Shown here: piece by piece, positions 15,649 to 30,133 of the stretch
How positions within the stretch are numbered: position 1 is the stretch's first letter
How the letters are laid out: each line of letters starts with the position of its first letter
From: Antedon mediterranea
Lineage: Eukaryota; Animalia; Echinodermata
NCBI RefSeq assembly: GCF_964355755.1
Contig: NC_092673.1
Coordinates: 1,116,001 to 1,180,000 of the forward strand
Reading direction: 5' to 3'
DNA: 64,000 nucleotides
Notes under the pieces: model-generated
Told to the model about the DNA's origin: nothing
What the model saw: only the letters and a program-made list of their open reading frames with translations
The model's database searches: none
Position numbers and translations under genes: made by a program

Positions 15649-15692
15649 CTGCAGACAGTCTGTTTCGATCTTATTAGATCTCGTCAGTGCAG
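15649..15692 (-). ncRNA. Minimal type I hammerhead ribozyme
   Basis: Minus strand reads CTGCA CTGACGA GATCT AATA AGATC GAAA CAGACTG TC TGCAG: 5-bp stem I, intact core, 5-bp stem II, short stem III, GUC cleavage triplet. Confidence 0.85.
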
Positions 15693-16772
15693 CTCAGGTT
15701 TCGAAATGAAATGTACCACAGAACTGGCACAATATTTAGGCTGAGCCAGGTATGCGGGACATGGTACACTGATTATATATATTTTATTGACCTAGTTATA
15801 GTATTTTATATATAAGTTTTACATTGTGCCTAGAGACTAGATATGACTAGCAATACTATTATCTAGCTCCTATTACCCATTTAATTCACTTTATATAAAT
15901 ATGTAGTTGAAATCTGATCTTGAAATATTGAGGTAGGTCTACTAAAAAAGAAAGAAAAAGTTGTAATAATGGCAGTTTTATAACATTTAAAAGGTCGTTT
16001 GCCTACAGTTAATATTAAATTGGGGCGGGGAAGGCTCGGGGGGAGGGCAATAATATCTAGTTGTCTTCCTTGAACTTATATAAATTAATTACTTTTGGTT
16101 AGTGGATGTCAGTAACTAGTTGTGCCATAGATTTATTTATATACAGCCTAGAGAATGAAACTAGGAAACAGCAAATTGATGGGAACAGGGAGAGACGAAG
16201 AGACTTTTTCAAAATGCCCATTGTATCTGTTCAAAACAATAATACGTAGTGGTGTTTGACTGAATAGTTTTCTTTATTTTATTATACAATTATTTTACGA
16301 GGGTGGTCCATCAAGTCGAAGCTGATCATTAGTTGGCACAACTTCAAATGGCCGCCAATGTAATTGGCAGATGGAGGATGCAGATTCGATGCTTTCTCCA
16401 TCCCATGTTGGATCGCTTTTTGATAGTGATTGTGTTGGGAGTTTACTCTCAAGTTGTTGTATTTGTCACCGATTCTCGTGTTGCTTGGAAACACAAGATC
16501 TCATCACTACTGCCATTTTCATGTTAACATGTATGATGATGGATCGATGATACTAGGCCAGAGCATTCCTTCCAATCGTGAGCAACACGTTCAATGATGG
16601 ATAGATGATACTAGGCCAGAGCATCCCTGCCAATCTTCATGAGTAACACGTTAAATGATGGATTGTCAAGTATGCCTGTCATAGTAGTTGACACTGATTG
16701 GTTGGTAGCAGGCCAGTACGTACACACACACACCTATTATTTCATGTATAAATCCACATTATACAGAGTTTT

Positions 16773-16915
16773 GTTAAATGCGCCAACACGTCCTAAATTA
16801 TGCTAATAACGTATTGTAATATATAATAATTTTATTAATAAGTTTAGTTAAATACGCCAACACATCTTAAATTATGCTAATAACGTATTGTAATATATAA
16901 TAATTTTATTAATAA
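16773..16915. repeat. Imperfect tandem duplication of about 75 bp
   Basis: gttaaat.cgccaacac.tc.taaattatgctaataacgtattgtaatatataataattttattaataa occurs twice. Confidence 0.8.
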
Positions 16916-17237
16916 TAAATTTAATGCATATTTGAATACATATTTATCTTCTCATACAAATTCAACAAAGTAAATAATACTACTATTACCATTAATTCAT
17001 TCATTATAGTATTACTCATCTGACTAAGGATAAATAAATGTTATTAAAATATCGCGTATTAACTTTGACCTAAGCCTACTATTTGATTATATTAATTGCC
17101 TATTTAGTCTATAATGGTACCGACTAAATTGATGGAAATAATCTTCTGAAATAGTGACGTAACGTAATCAATCGATAATACAAAAGTGATCGTTATTTTA
17201 GACGATAATGCGACAACATGAATCAAGACAGTGAGTT

Positions 17238-17370
17238 AAGCTCTGTCACGAAAAAATGTGATGTGTCCATATGATGATGTCATATCACTACCATATTTAA
17301 GCATCACTACCATATTTAGGCTTATCACACTTTTTTTTGTTAAACTAGTTTGATAGTGTAGACAGAGCTT
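17238..17370 (+). mobile_element. MITE family A copy
   Basis: ttaagctctgtc...tagtttgatagtgtagacagagcttaa. Confidence 0.75.
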
Positions 17371-20300
17371 AACAGACCTCAACATAAATATAGTTTCATA
17401 CTTGATGCCTCCTGTGAACTGCGTTAATAATAAAGCCAAATTTGCTTATTTCAAGATGGCCACACCCACTCACCGGTGCTTCACCCATACAAAAAACGAA
17501 CCAAAGTATAACACATCGTGCTACCAATGCCCCCCCCCCCTCCCCTCCCTCCTCTTGTTCGTATACCATCTTTTAAATTGAGACAATCGTTTAATTGTTA
17601 AAAGGGAATTATCTAATGGTGTTAATGAACAATAGGTTATCGGATACGAACTTCCTGTATTAAAATACTTGGCGCCGTACACCTACGCGGGTGTAGGCCT
17701 ACCTTTGAAGGGATTCAATATTAATCCTAACCATACGAAAGAAATCCTGCATTATCTTTTTACTGTAATCGGGGTATAAATGGGTTAATAACATGTGCCG
17801 TATAATACACGGGACATCACTACAACACTCGAATAAACAAAATGGGACTTTAATTTTGACTAGGCCATTTTGCAGTTTTAATAAGTTATTCGCTTGCGTA
17901 GAAAAACACGGTAAAAAAATAATGATTTATTTATCTTTTTAAAAAGACCACAAACTGTCTATCCAATTGTTGGTCTAAGTGGATAACTAAACTAGTATGT
18001 GACATTAAAATGATAGGCCTATAATTGATATTAAACCAAAAAAAAAAATAAATCTAGCACTGAATATTCCCAATAAAAGTCACGGGCCTAAAAAAATACG
18101 TACAAAATTCAAGATTTCTTTGAAATGCCGTGTCACACTCTGACGTCAGCACGAGGATCGTAAACTTTTGACAAAACAATTTATTGTAGAAAGGTTTTCC
18201 TTGTTTGGCGACGGTCATCTTGTGGGCAGACAATAAATTATATTGAAATAATACGAAAGATTTTTTTATTAATCTCTAATTAAGAAACTTTTTTAAAGTC
18301 ATGATTCGACGTTTCGATCTTCATTTTGATAATCAGGAGTGATGTTTTTTCTGCTTCTTTCGGATCGGACGGAAACCAGAGTTAAAAATATTATTTTACA
18401 ACTCCCTAGTAAAACAAAACTAGAGGTGATTTTTTTCTGCTGGATGACAGACAAAATGTTCAGGGAGGCCACCACAATGAATGATGGTAAACCCTCTAAA
18501 CAGGTCCGTAAACAGACATCGTGTGCCTATAGTAGCATAATAATCGTAATCTTTATCGTACCCGTGAAATGGAAAAAAAAAATTATAACTCCAGTCACGA
18601 GTGAGAGGAGTAATGCAAATATATTAATATTGTGTTGATGCTGTCTGTTAGAAGGTTAAAGATGCTCTTTAAAAAAGCACATAAAATATGAAATCCATTT
18701 TATTGATACGGTTGTCCTTGTCTAGCACGACAATCAATATAATATTCTAATCCCCAAGGTTATTTATATAAAAGTTACTACGAATTAATCAAGTATATAA
18801 TAGATACACCAACAGCATATTTTCAATCAATAGAACAAATAAACGGTGCTTTGATAAAGAGGAATAGATATGAGGAATTAAGTCGCCGATTTCCGGTTGG
18901 TTCTGATTTTTATTGTACGTACTTGTAGCTAAAAAAATCGAACCGAAACTCTGATTTATGTTTATACAAGTATGAGTAAAATGCAAATAAGATTAATGTA
19001 TGTGTATTCGTATACTTTATCTTATAAGTTATATATACTGCACTGTACACTCGAAATTGTGAAAATTCACTGATTTACACACAATTAAAAACAATCCTGC
19101 AGCGTTGTGTTAATTTAATTACAATCATTTCTTGATTTTGATTTGTAACAATTTAACATTTGCAGTATTTTCCCCCCAAAAACTGTTATTGTATTAGTTG
19201 AAGGCCTACCCAATTATATTCATTAGTTACAAATATGTCTTTTTTCACATGTTTTAGCCCTCATTTTTCGTGCATTAACCCTGATTCCTATTGCCACCAT
19301 TGGTGTACACCCTGTGGTAAACCCAACAACCATTTGAAGGACACGGACCATTCCATTTTCAATGTGGGGTTTTTCAACCATTTGTAATAAATACAATACT
19401 ACCGATTTATACAATGTATTTGATATAAATATGTAAAAGTTTAATTTATGTTTCAAAATAAAAATTTTAGTTATTGTTTTTGGTCAGTTTTTAATGTGAA
19501 TATACGTGAATAGAGAGATTTTCCTACAATTTCGTGGAATCGTCATCGTCACTTTCCCATACCAGAAAGCGCCACCCAGGTCATAGCCTTGCGGCAATAG
19601 TTTTCGAGAAAAAAAAGGAACGAAAGAATGTAAAGGGTTGTGATAGAAGATACTCTACAATAAAAAGGTAAAGTCAGTTCTGGATTTGATCATATTTAAT
19701 ACTGTTTTGGAATAATATTTCATAATCAATTCGTCTTTGGTTCAAATAACGTTGAAATCGTTCATATTCGTAGCGATAAATACAGTAAGTAAACTGTACT
19801 CTTGTTGGTACTGTTAGTGGTGAAGTAGTTTATATATTATTAGCGTGCTTTGTTCACGGATGGGCCCCGTGCGTGTGGTGGGTTAACTACAAAATGCATT
19901 CATTGTTTGTGCAGTCGATGTGGCTACAAGATTATTTGAAAGTACAATTTGAGGGATTGCAATGGTTGTTTTATGCAAATCGTAGCCGTAAATTAATCGT
20001 AACACGCAGTTAATAATGTAAACATAATCAATTTTGCTTTAATACCGCTTGCAAATATGATGTAAACGTCTAAAAAAAACGCATGTTCCTTATTTTGTGT
20101 AGGCTCAAAAATCAATTCATTTCTGTCTGAATGGCGGACTTTGATATGCATGCATTGCATGTTAATAAAATGATACTTTCCCTGTTCAAATATGCTTACT
20201 ACCACTGCACTAGTTTAATTTTTAATCCATTCTTTAACTTTATGTTTTCAATATTGTATATTGCATTTACCGTTTCTATTTTGAATAAATATTAAATTTT

Positions 20301-20844
20301 AAACAAACTTTGTAAAAGTATTTTATTTGTTTGTGTTTTTAATTTAAAAGAATTATATACAGTATGTGTAAAATATTAATTGTATGTAAGTTTTAGAAAA
20401 ACAAGACATGTTTACGACATTCTTTTAATTTTAAATTTAATTACGAAATGATTAAAAGAACTAGGATACAAGCAGACAATGTTAATAACCTGAAGATAAA
20501 TTCTTAATTTCCATGCGTAATTCTTCCTAGCATGATCAGCCCTATGATTGCATTTTTTTTTCAACAGTACAAACCTTTAATGTAAATTGCAATCCTACAA
20601 GAAGTATTTTGTATTCAGCAGATGGCTTAGTGGATCGTAGGATCAAGATGTCCTGCATCTTTAATGTAGGTTGTTCATAGAATACCAATAATTGAAACAA
20701 AAACAAAATGATGTCCAATACAGCAAACTAATTGAAGGCAATAAGGAAGTACTTACTCTACCAATAATTTCCTATTAGTTTTTTTTTCCCCTTCAATCAG
20801 TTAATCTTAATATTATTGCATACACAATTACAGTGGCAGTATTA

Positions 20845-22106
20845 GGCCAAATAAAAAAACATACTTGTTAAGCGTCACCGCCCGCTCCTGATTATCCAGC
20901 CGCCTCTCTTTTTATTTTTATTTTTTTTTTACCGATATACAACGGAAAGTTCAGCGGCCCGACCCAGCTCCAGAGTAGGGCTCGAAATTCACGCTAGCAA
21001 ACTAGCATTTTGCTAGTAGATTCTTCATAATTGCTATTTGAAAATTTCAAAACTAGCAAATGTTTGTTAGGCTAGTGTAATTTTTGAAAAAATACATACT
21101 TTTTAGCTTAGACAACGCTAGCCGCCGATCGCTCTATGTCGATAACGGCAAATTGGTGAAAACAATTGTTTCATTTACACGCCGCCGATTTACGTAAAGG
21201 AAACGCGAATAGCACCGTGAATCATGTAATGTGGTAAACAGCAAGCTTTTTCCCCAACACATTAAATCATGTGCATTTAGTACGTCGCTGAGGATTACAT
21301 CATCAGTCACGTGATTACAGAATACGCGATTATCAATTTAGGGATTTAACGAAATAAATATTTTCCCTACACAGTGGTCGAAGCGCGTTTTTTTATAGGT
21401 TCGTAAATAGGAAACACCCCATACATAATGGACTCTACCAATTTTGTTTACGATGATCTCGCGCTCGAGATCGGCACACCACGAGGTCCTGTTGGGCGAT
21501 GGGTTTCCTTATGCCTGGTTTACCTGCCTGGAATAATTACATACACTTTTTGCATCACAACTTTAAATACTGATTTACACAGCAATTGGCAAAGGATTCA
21601 TCAAAGAAGAATGAATACGTTGAATGAAAATTCACTTAAGAAATGTCGTAAGCTGTTTTCAAACTATAAATCAGCCCACTATTTAGTATTATTGAGACCA
21701 AATCATGCTTCTCGCGATAGGGAATTTCCTGGATAGATGAGTCGAGCGAGAGACGGCGGATGGCCGATGAGTGAGGTTGGGGTAGCACCTTGGACGGATT
21801 AGTTAGCCTAAGGCCTACAATTTCGCTTGGTGGCAATTAAATTTAATGTTTTAATTACGTCTGGATATAAACAATACAAAACTCAATTTTGTCATAAGCA
21901 ATAATATTTCATACATAGGCTAGTCAATTTTGTTCTGTTTCGAATTTTAAAAGTTTGACGTTTCGTCCTAAAAAAGTGGGACAAAACGTCCACCGCGCAA
22001 AAATATACCTCTATAAAAAGTAAAAAAAAAAAAAAAAAAAACGTCCCCCCGCCCCTGAAAATTTATGAGGGTGTGACGCTTAACAAGTATATTTTTTTAT
22101 TTGGCC
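20845..22106. mobile_element. Non-autonomous PIF/Harbinger-like DNA transposon (~1.26 kb)
   Basis: About 33-bp TIRs GGCCAAATAAAAAAA.ATACTTGTTAAGCGTCAC; TTA duplicated on both sides; CpG-rich interior without a transposase ORF. Confidence 0.8.
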
Positions 22107-25100
22107 TTATACTTATTATATTATCTCCTTTTATCTCAATCCTCCGCTGAATTTAGATAAGAATAAAATATAGATAACTGGAGCTTCCATTTGATTTAAA
22201 ATGTGCTGGTGTTTATGGATTAAGATCCTAAATATTTTGCTTAAACCAATTTACCAACAACCACCATTTATGTTCAGTTAGTGCTGGTGTTTATTGACCA
22301 TGCTCCTAAATCCTTTGCTTAATTTAAATCACCAACCATTTATGTTCAATAATTCTTAGTTCACGCTTGCTGAATGTTAAACTACTAGATCAAACACCTC
22401 ACAGTACATTGGTAAATTACAAAAGATACATTCATGAAGAAATACTAAGCTGGCTGGTGCCATCAAATTGTAGCAAATTAAAAGCCTACTGTGAGCACTG
22501 ATTTTCTAATTTATTACTAGATTAAGCAATATACCACATTTCTTGAACATAGATTTAATAGTAAGGGAATTTGAAGTGTGAGGGGGTTTGAGTTAAGTTG
22601 GGTTAACGAATACTACAGTAGATATTGATTCAAGACGGTGCATGATATAAAATAATAATAAAGATAATTGAAATACTAAGTGGAAATGTATCAAAATTTG
22701 TTCCTGAATATTTGGGAGAGCTTAGAAGGTCAAAGGTTACCTAGCTAAAGCAGCTGCAAATTCATAGTTGAAATAGAGGTGATATTTTAGTTATCTTTTG
22801 GAATTCCGAATTTAATGATACCATGCTGTAATTTGGTTGTTGATCAATTCTGTAATTACTGTCTGTATGCAAGTAGGTTTGAAATGCTAGGTCGCATTAT
22901 GAATATCTGTTCTAGAAAATTAATTAACTTTTTCAGATTTTAGTGAAAAATGTTTATTGCATATTTAATGTAGTTTAGCTATAAATTAGATCTTTCTTTT
23001 AATGTTTTTCTATAAATGTGTATACACTGTATTATTTGTATATCTTATATTACCTATCACGAACTTGTGGAAGAACACCTTTATTTTATGGTGAACGAGT
23101 TTTATATTTTGTACTTTTGTATTTTATAATTTCGTGAATAAAGATTTTGATTGAATTGAGTTCTAAAGTTAATTGATAATCCTTTGCTACATATACATTA
23201 AGCACTTATTAGCGTAAATTGTTCCCACAATACAATTTTAAACTTTACATATTTTAAATAAATTATTCATTGGTTTTCTTCCATACCACCAATTTCACAT
23301 AATTTACAGTCTACAGCAACTGTCAAATTACCATGTACAACCATTGAGGAATTAAATACTGTCATTCCTCAATGGTACAATAGATCAGATCAAATAATGT
23401 TGTAAAGTTATATTTCAACAAGGTGTCCATCCAATTAATAATTATTTATAATGCTGTGTACAGTATTTGTATACTGAGATTGATGTAGCTTAAAATGGCT
23501 CTGTCAATCAGGGTCCGTTTTGTGGGTGTACAAGCCTCAGGAATTATAAGTACTGGTCTACACTGTTGACCAATAGTTTGAATTTCATGAATTTGATATT
23601 AATTTCATTACTGAAATCGTGTCCGATGGCCTTGAGCAGTTTGTACATATTCAATCCTGGTTATTATTACCATAGCTAGCCTCACCCTTTTCACCCACAC
23701 CATGGCCTGAAGCTACGTTTGCTCAGTCCATTTGAATAGTATATTTGAGAGTTTTAGGCTTCTTTTGTACATTTGACCAAAAATATCAAAACAATGTTGG
23801 ACTTGCAGTCTTTTTAAATTGGTCTGTTAAATCATGTACTATGCAATATGAGACGCCCACCAGAACCCACTCACCTTGCAATATTATAGATTCCCACATT
23901 AACAATAATTGATTTTAGTGGTTAGATATTATTTGAAATGTGAACATTTAAATAATACCAATTAATTTGGAAGGGTACAGTAGGTGGAATAAAATAATTG
24001 AGTGGGTGTAAGTAATTAAAAGACTTGATTGGGAGTTGGTGCTGTACTGTTATTAGGCTGCCAGAAACATGTATTATTCTGTAGGTTTATCATCATCATT
24101 ACTGTAATCATTCCTAAAAAGTTTTTAATGGTTGTCCATCTATAGGGGCTTTAGGGATTGAAATTGACAAACAAAATTTACAGATAACCAATCATTGACG
24201 ACTGTGATCTTTCAAGTATATAAAGTTTATACGAGTTCTTTGCAAGTCGTGAGCTTTTGTGCAAAAAATTGAACGTTATTAGTTGGCGTTTGATGAATGA
24301 CTGACTAGATTCCAAGAGTTCTCGGCCTCTGATTCCAACAGTTCATTCAGGTTCTTAAGAATTGTCAAACTGCACACTCATAATTACACACTCATTTTTG
24401 GGGGAAAAAATATAATAATCTGTTTATGTATTGTTTAGTGTGTTTACATGTTATAAGCCTACAAGATAATAAATTATGCAATGCAAACACCTAAAAGAAA
24501 TAATTAATGATGGAAGATTAAACATGGAAAAAAATCAAGTTGACATTCTTATCGGCATCACTTAAGAAATGTGACAGTGTATGTGCAAGACATTTTTGCG
24601 TGATATGTATTGCTCCTATTACATCTCTCTTGTGAAATAAAATATTCATGTGTCTGATAGAATAGTATTAGTGTTTCTCTTTGCACCATATGGAAATTGA
24701 TTAAAAGGAATTAATATACTTTAGTGGAAAGAAAAAAGAGCGAATCTTCTTAACATTGAATCTTAGTGTTGTTGGTACTATAGCTTCTTGTCGTCGGTGG
24801 TAAAGTTTTATCTTGTTTGGGTCGACGGTAACACCTTGCAGCCAGTTGTAACTTCTTAGGGTCGTTGGTAGCTTCAATATTAGGGTCTGTGGAAAGTTCT
24901 AACTACACAGTAGCATTGGTGGTAACATATTGGTGGTTGTAGGTTTTATGAAATGACAATGTCCTAAGATATCTTGCAGTTTACTTGCACTCAATACAAA
25001 TAATTTCATAAATTATGAATTTTAGACTTATTTTGGCCAACATCCGGCCACAATAGTCTCCAACTACTTGATGTACATAGGTGGTTATTCAACTTGGTGA

Positions 25101-28100
25101 CACACACCTTTTGGTATTAGGATTTTCTGTACGTGAGAACTTCAACTTTATAAAAGGTGCTCATTGTGCCAGATCACAAAGTCATTGAATGTTTGTCGTT
25201 CTTTGATTTATTGATCGGTTTTTTTTATACTGTATGTTCTTATAGAAATCAAATATGACAGATTTACACATTGAAATATTATATATTCTAGATATAAGCA
25301 AAGTATTCTTTGTAAGCAATGACTTGATTGATTACTCGATTGTGCTTTCTGTCATTTGGTCCATTAATTTTCGATTTTCTTTGTCCTTGTTTTTTAACTA
25401 TCTTTTGAAATATTGCCCCATACATTGCCAGTTTTCAATTGACTGTTACAGTAGGTATTCCACTTCTCTTGGTGTTATGATATACAGTACATACAATCTT
25501 ACAATTTACCTGATATTTACAAAGTATTCCAAATCCAAGCAAGAACTCAAGATTTCTGGCTCATCATCATTTTATCATAATACTTAGCCAGGAGAAAATT
25601 TCCAGACATGTTAATTCATTACTAGTTCTACCACTTGTTTGTATACTACACATTGCACTACCTACTGTACATTGCACTACATTGTAGGCCTATAGCTGCA
25701 TTTAACTTTCCATTTAGGTTTCTGAAATAAGGCTGATAGATTATCATCTGTCACAACATTCCAGGCTTTCTGACCTTGTTTGCAGTGGCCTTCTGTCTAA
25801 ATCTGGTCAAATTGTGAAATATAGTCTAGAAAGCATTTTCTGTTTATTATATACTGCAGTTAATACTACCAGGGAGTTGTAAAATCTTATTTTACAACTC
25901 CCTGATACTACACTGTAATAGGTAAACTCTTATCTCAATAGGTGTGTCCGATAAATAGGAGTGTCCCCTGATAGTAGGAATGTCTCCTGAGTAGGAGTGT
26001 CCCCTGAGTAGGAGTGTCCCTTTGCAATAGGGGTGTCCCCTGAGTAGGATGCTGTGATGTTTAAACATCCTTTTGTTTATTTCAATTAAAAGTGTCCCCT
26101 GACTAGAGGTTACCGTATGTACTAGAGTAATCAATACTGTATTATGTCCCATTTGATGTTTGTATAAAGTTTAAAATGAGATCAGAAGCAAGAACGTGTT
26201 GGGACTGAAGCCAGCAAAACAACATTTCAGACAGGACACAAAATGCAATAATTGTTAATATTAAAAAAACCCCAGTATAAATCAGTTTTTATTTCCCAGA
26301 CTGCCCTACCCAGAATAGTGAAGAAATAATAATTACCATGTGATCAGTTGATGTCGTGGGTTTATTACCATGGTAATTGATGTCTGGAATGCCATGATTC
26401 AGAATGACTGAAACCTCCTTCCAAAGGTCGTTGGACTCTTCTTCTAGGAATTGATCATCTTGACAGACACCTGGTGTGAACAGCCAAGACAAGTAAACAA
26501 AATACCCCAAAACATGCTTTATTTATTATATTATTATTGGTTTAAAAAAAAAATCATTTCAAATACATCCTGGTAAAAACATTTAATTCATAGACAGTTG
26601 AGAGGTATTTAAGTAGCCAGCAGTATTCAATTCAGTTCTACTTAACTGTTCTCTTGAAATCTGATATAGGACATGAGCTTATGACATCACAACCAGTTGA
26701 CCAATCAAAAGCTTTTGTGAACACTCATATTACAGTGGTAGTGTGTGAAGTGATTTCAGGTTTTTATTCAGAACCAATCATGTACATTATACAGTAGGCC
26801 ATTACCCCTCAGTGATCAGGCAATGTTGTATTGTGTAGGAGGACGTGTATGAGAATAAACCAGGATATTACTACTACCGTTGGCTTGGTGTACTTACACA
26901 GCAGTATCAACGCCGTATTTTAACACTTTTGGATCTTACAGTAACTTGGACCTGCTGTTTTTGTTACTGCTTTTTGTGTAGAATCACAGCACTCCTCTGG
27001 CAACCAAGTACAATTGAAAATATTGGTTTTTTTTAACTTAATGTTGAGCATTTTTGCTGGTTTAACTATGTAAGGATCTCCGGATATCTAAACTGATTGG
27101 TGACTGACTAAAGTAGATTTCTGACTAGTGAACGATTGAATATTTACAAGAACCTTTCTATTGAGACTCTATATATTTGTGGAATATAACTTACGATATA
27201 GTTTCCAACTTTGGTAAAAACTCTTTTGCCTTGATAGCTGGATTGTATTATAGTAAGTATAAATTGTTTAGTTGTGAATATTGTGAGAGTGGAACACCCA
27301 TAAACAAAGTTATATTATATCTCCTGATGCACAAACATGTGATTGATAGCATGGATAATTCTCAAAAGTATTTGATACAAAATAATCTACTTAAAAAATT
27401 GAAATAACTAATAATAATAAATATTCTATTTTACTTTGATCAGTACCATATTTTTATTTTATTATAAATTTCTACTTTCTACAAATATTGTAAATGACCG
27501 GTATATTGTTGCTTGCAATTTCTGGTCGTTCATTTTAGGTATTTTTGCACACACACTTGCTGGCTAAAAAATGTACAGGGTTGCGAACATGTCCAACGAC
27601 GACTAGCGTTTAAGATGATGATTTTAGGTGTGGTTTGGTGTTAAAACGGAATTGAATAACCCATTGTTGTTATACTTTTTAGCTAATGAATACACCCAGC
27701 ATTTGTTTCTAGAACTTTTATATTGCATCTTCATTTATCTTGATGAGTTTGATTTGTGACCTTCAAATAATTTATTATTGTCAATTAAATTGAAGATGAT
27801 TTTCTCACTTGACTTAATATCAATGAGCTTTTGTTCAAAATGACAAGGCATTTTCTTGGAAAATAAAACAATTGTTTTTTATCTACTTTTGATGAAAAAA
27901 AAAAGCAAAAAATGTAAAGTTAGTAGTTTTGTAATTGGTTTTACAGAAAGAAAATTTCGAATTGAAACAAAAATAACATATTACTAATGATTGTTATAAT
28001 ATTTGATTGATTTGTTTTTATCCAAACAAGTTCTTAGTATCTCAAAATAAACATGACGTATTAATTAGCTTTAAATCCTGACATTTTACTTTATTATCGT

Positions 28101-29871
28101 CTTCTACAATAAAACGTGCTAAAGAACAGAATTACAAAAATAAAAACTGGATTTTAAAATTTCTTTTTGAATTGATTTTTTTTTTTGGATGATACAATAT
28201 GGCTTTTTAGTGATGGGTTGAAGCGTTAAAAATTAGTGATACATTTGATGAATTAAAAATATCATTCTGTGATTGAAAACTAGATTTAAATTTTAGTATA
28301 AGAAAATACTAAAGTTAACCTTTCCCATGCAAGCCTTTAAACAATAAGAAATTATTAATAATTGACGACAGAAATTGGCACCATAAAATAAAGCATCATA
28401 GAGGGAGTGGTGTCAAAGATTGTCACAAATTGTGATATTTTTATACAATTCTTTGACTGCCGTCCTGTAAAATCCACAGACTAGCAACCTTAATGTTATC
28501 TTACACAAAATATTAAAGTAGCAGGCATATTACTTTGTTCTGATTGATGTCTTTAATTTGGTATACTAAATTAGTGTTTGTCAATTATGGTAACTGTCTA
28601 CACTATTGTGTTAAAGAGTGACCAATCAGCAAGTCTGAGACAAAGGGTGTTCGGGCGATAATTGACCGCACCCAAATTTGAATGTAATCATTTGGTTGCA
28701 CACATTTGATTTTAACCTTATTGAACAGATTTGAACATGTCTTTTTACGCTTATGTATATGAACATAAGCTGTGTCCCGATACGGTATTGATTGATTTTT
28801 AGCCAATAATAATAATAATGTATTTTAAATAACTGCATTTTAAGCATTGCTAGACACATAGTAACTAATAGTAACATGTCATATTTTAAACTTTTACAAT
28901 GAATATCCAGTAAATAAAAGACGTTATTGTGCTCGTATTGTTATATTATTGCTAAGTGGTTTGTGCGAATTAAGTGGATTATTGAATATAGTAGAGTTTG
29001 GTTAGAACAGGAATTTATAAGAGCAATTTTTTGTGAAAGCTTTTTAGATAAGGAAACGATAATAAAAGAAGTTCTTATTTTTTGTAAAAATAAGTGTCTG
29101 TGAAATCTTTGCCAACTATTTTCTCATAAGGTTTATCACAAATAGCTTTATTTCGCAAGGAATGTTATTGCACAATGCATGATACGAAGGGTTTGGGAGA
29201 AAATGCGTACGTACAAGCAACAAATCAGGTACGTACGCATCATGATGTTTGCTCCCAAGCCCTCTCACCAGGTGTCGCGCAAGCTATTGGATAAGTGACT
29301 GTCGGAAGGTTTAAAGAAATATTCTATTTGGAATTCTTTAAATTTAAAAAAAGCAAATTTTTGTCAATGTCTATTTAATTCAATCAATAAAAAAAACTTT
29401 ATACAAACCCTTATAAAAATAGAATAAAGGACATTTTTCTCTTTGACTTTTAAAAATGAAATACATTACATTTTTCTCCTTAACAATTGTAAAATCAATA
29501 TTGATAATATTTAAATGTATCACGCCTCAAGTGTAATTGTAATGCAACAACAAGTCTTTATATTGTGTTATAGAAGTTCATCTTCCTTCTTCTGTCATAA
29601 GACCTAAGGCATGCATGTGATATGATGTATCAAAAACGATACACTAGAAGCCGGCTGGATGAGGAAACATGTGCGCAGACAAGCGAGAAAACGCGAGAAA
29701 TAACGATTCAATAGCAGTTAGGCCTGAGCAGTGATTTAATATATTATATTTCGAAAATATGATTTGTTAGGTATCATTCAAAGAATTACATACTGATTTA
29801 TGGAAAGCTAGTCGGATCACAATAGTTTTGACTGATAATTCAATTTTGTATTGGAAAAGAATTTAGATTTT

Positions 29872-30133
29872 TGAAAGTGTAAAAAAAATGCTTTTAAAAA
29901 GCTGTAAAGGCTTATTTAGTCGTTGAAAATGAGGCATGTTGATGGCGCTTATTTGGTACATTCCAATGAAGAATATGTTTCACTTGCTCCTCTACTGAAG
30001 ACTGAAAGTGTAAAAAAAATGCTTTTAAAAAGCTGTAAAGGCTTATTTAGTCGTTGAAAATGAGGCATGTTGATGGCGCTTATTTGGTACATTCCAATGA
30101 AGAATATGTTTCACTTGCTCCTCTACTGAAGAC
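29872..30133. repeat. Perfect 131-bp tandem duplication
   Basis: 29872-30002 repeated at 30003-30133. Confidence 0.9.

Noticed and set aside
18303-18338. Third hammerhead-like motif on the minus strand (ctgatta...gatcgaaacgtc)
   Set aside because: Core is not CUGANGA and the stems do not close; at most a decayed relic.
21428-21836. ORFs inside the Harbinger-like element
   Set aside because: Short, with no DDE or Myb/SANT motifs; the element is non-autonomous.
21955-21990. gacgtttcgtcc...ggacaaaacgtc as a ribozyme
   Set aside because: Simple inverted repeat within the transposon; no CUGANGA core.
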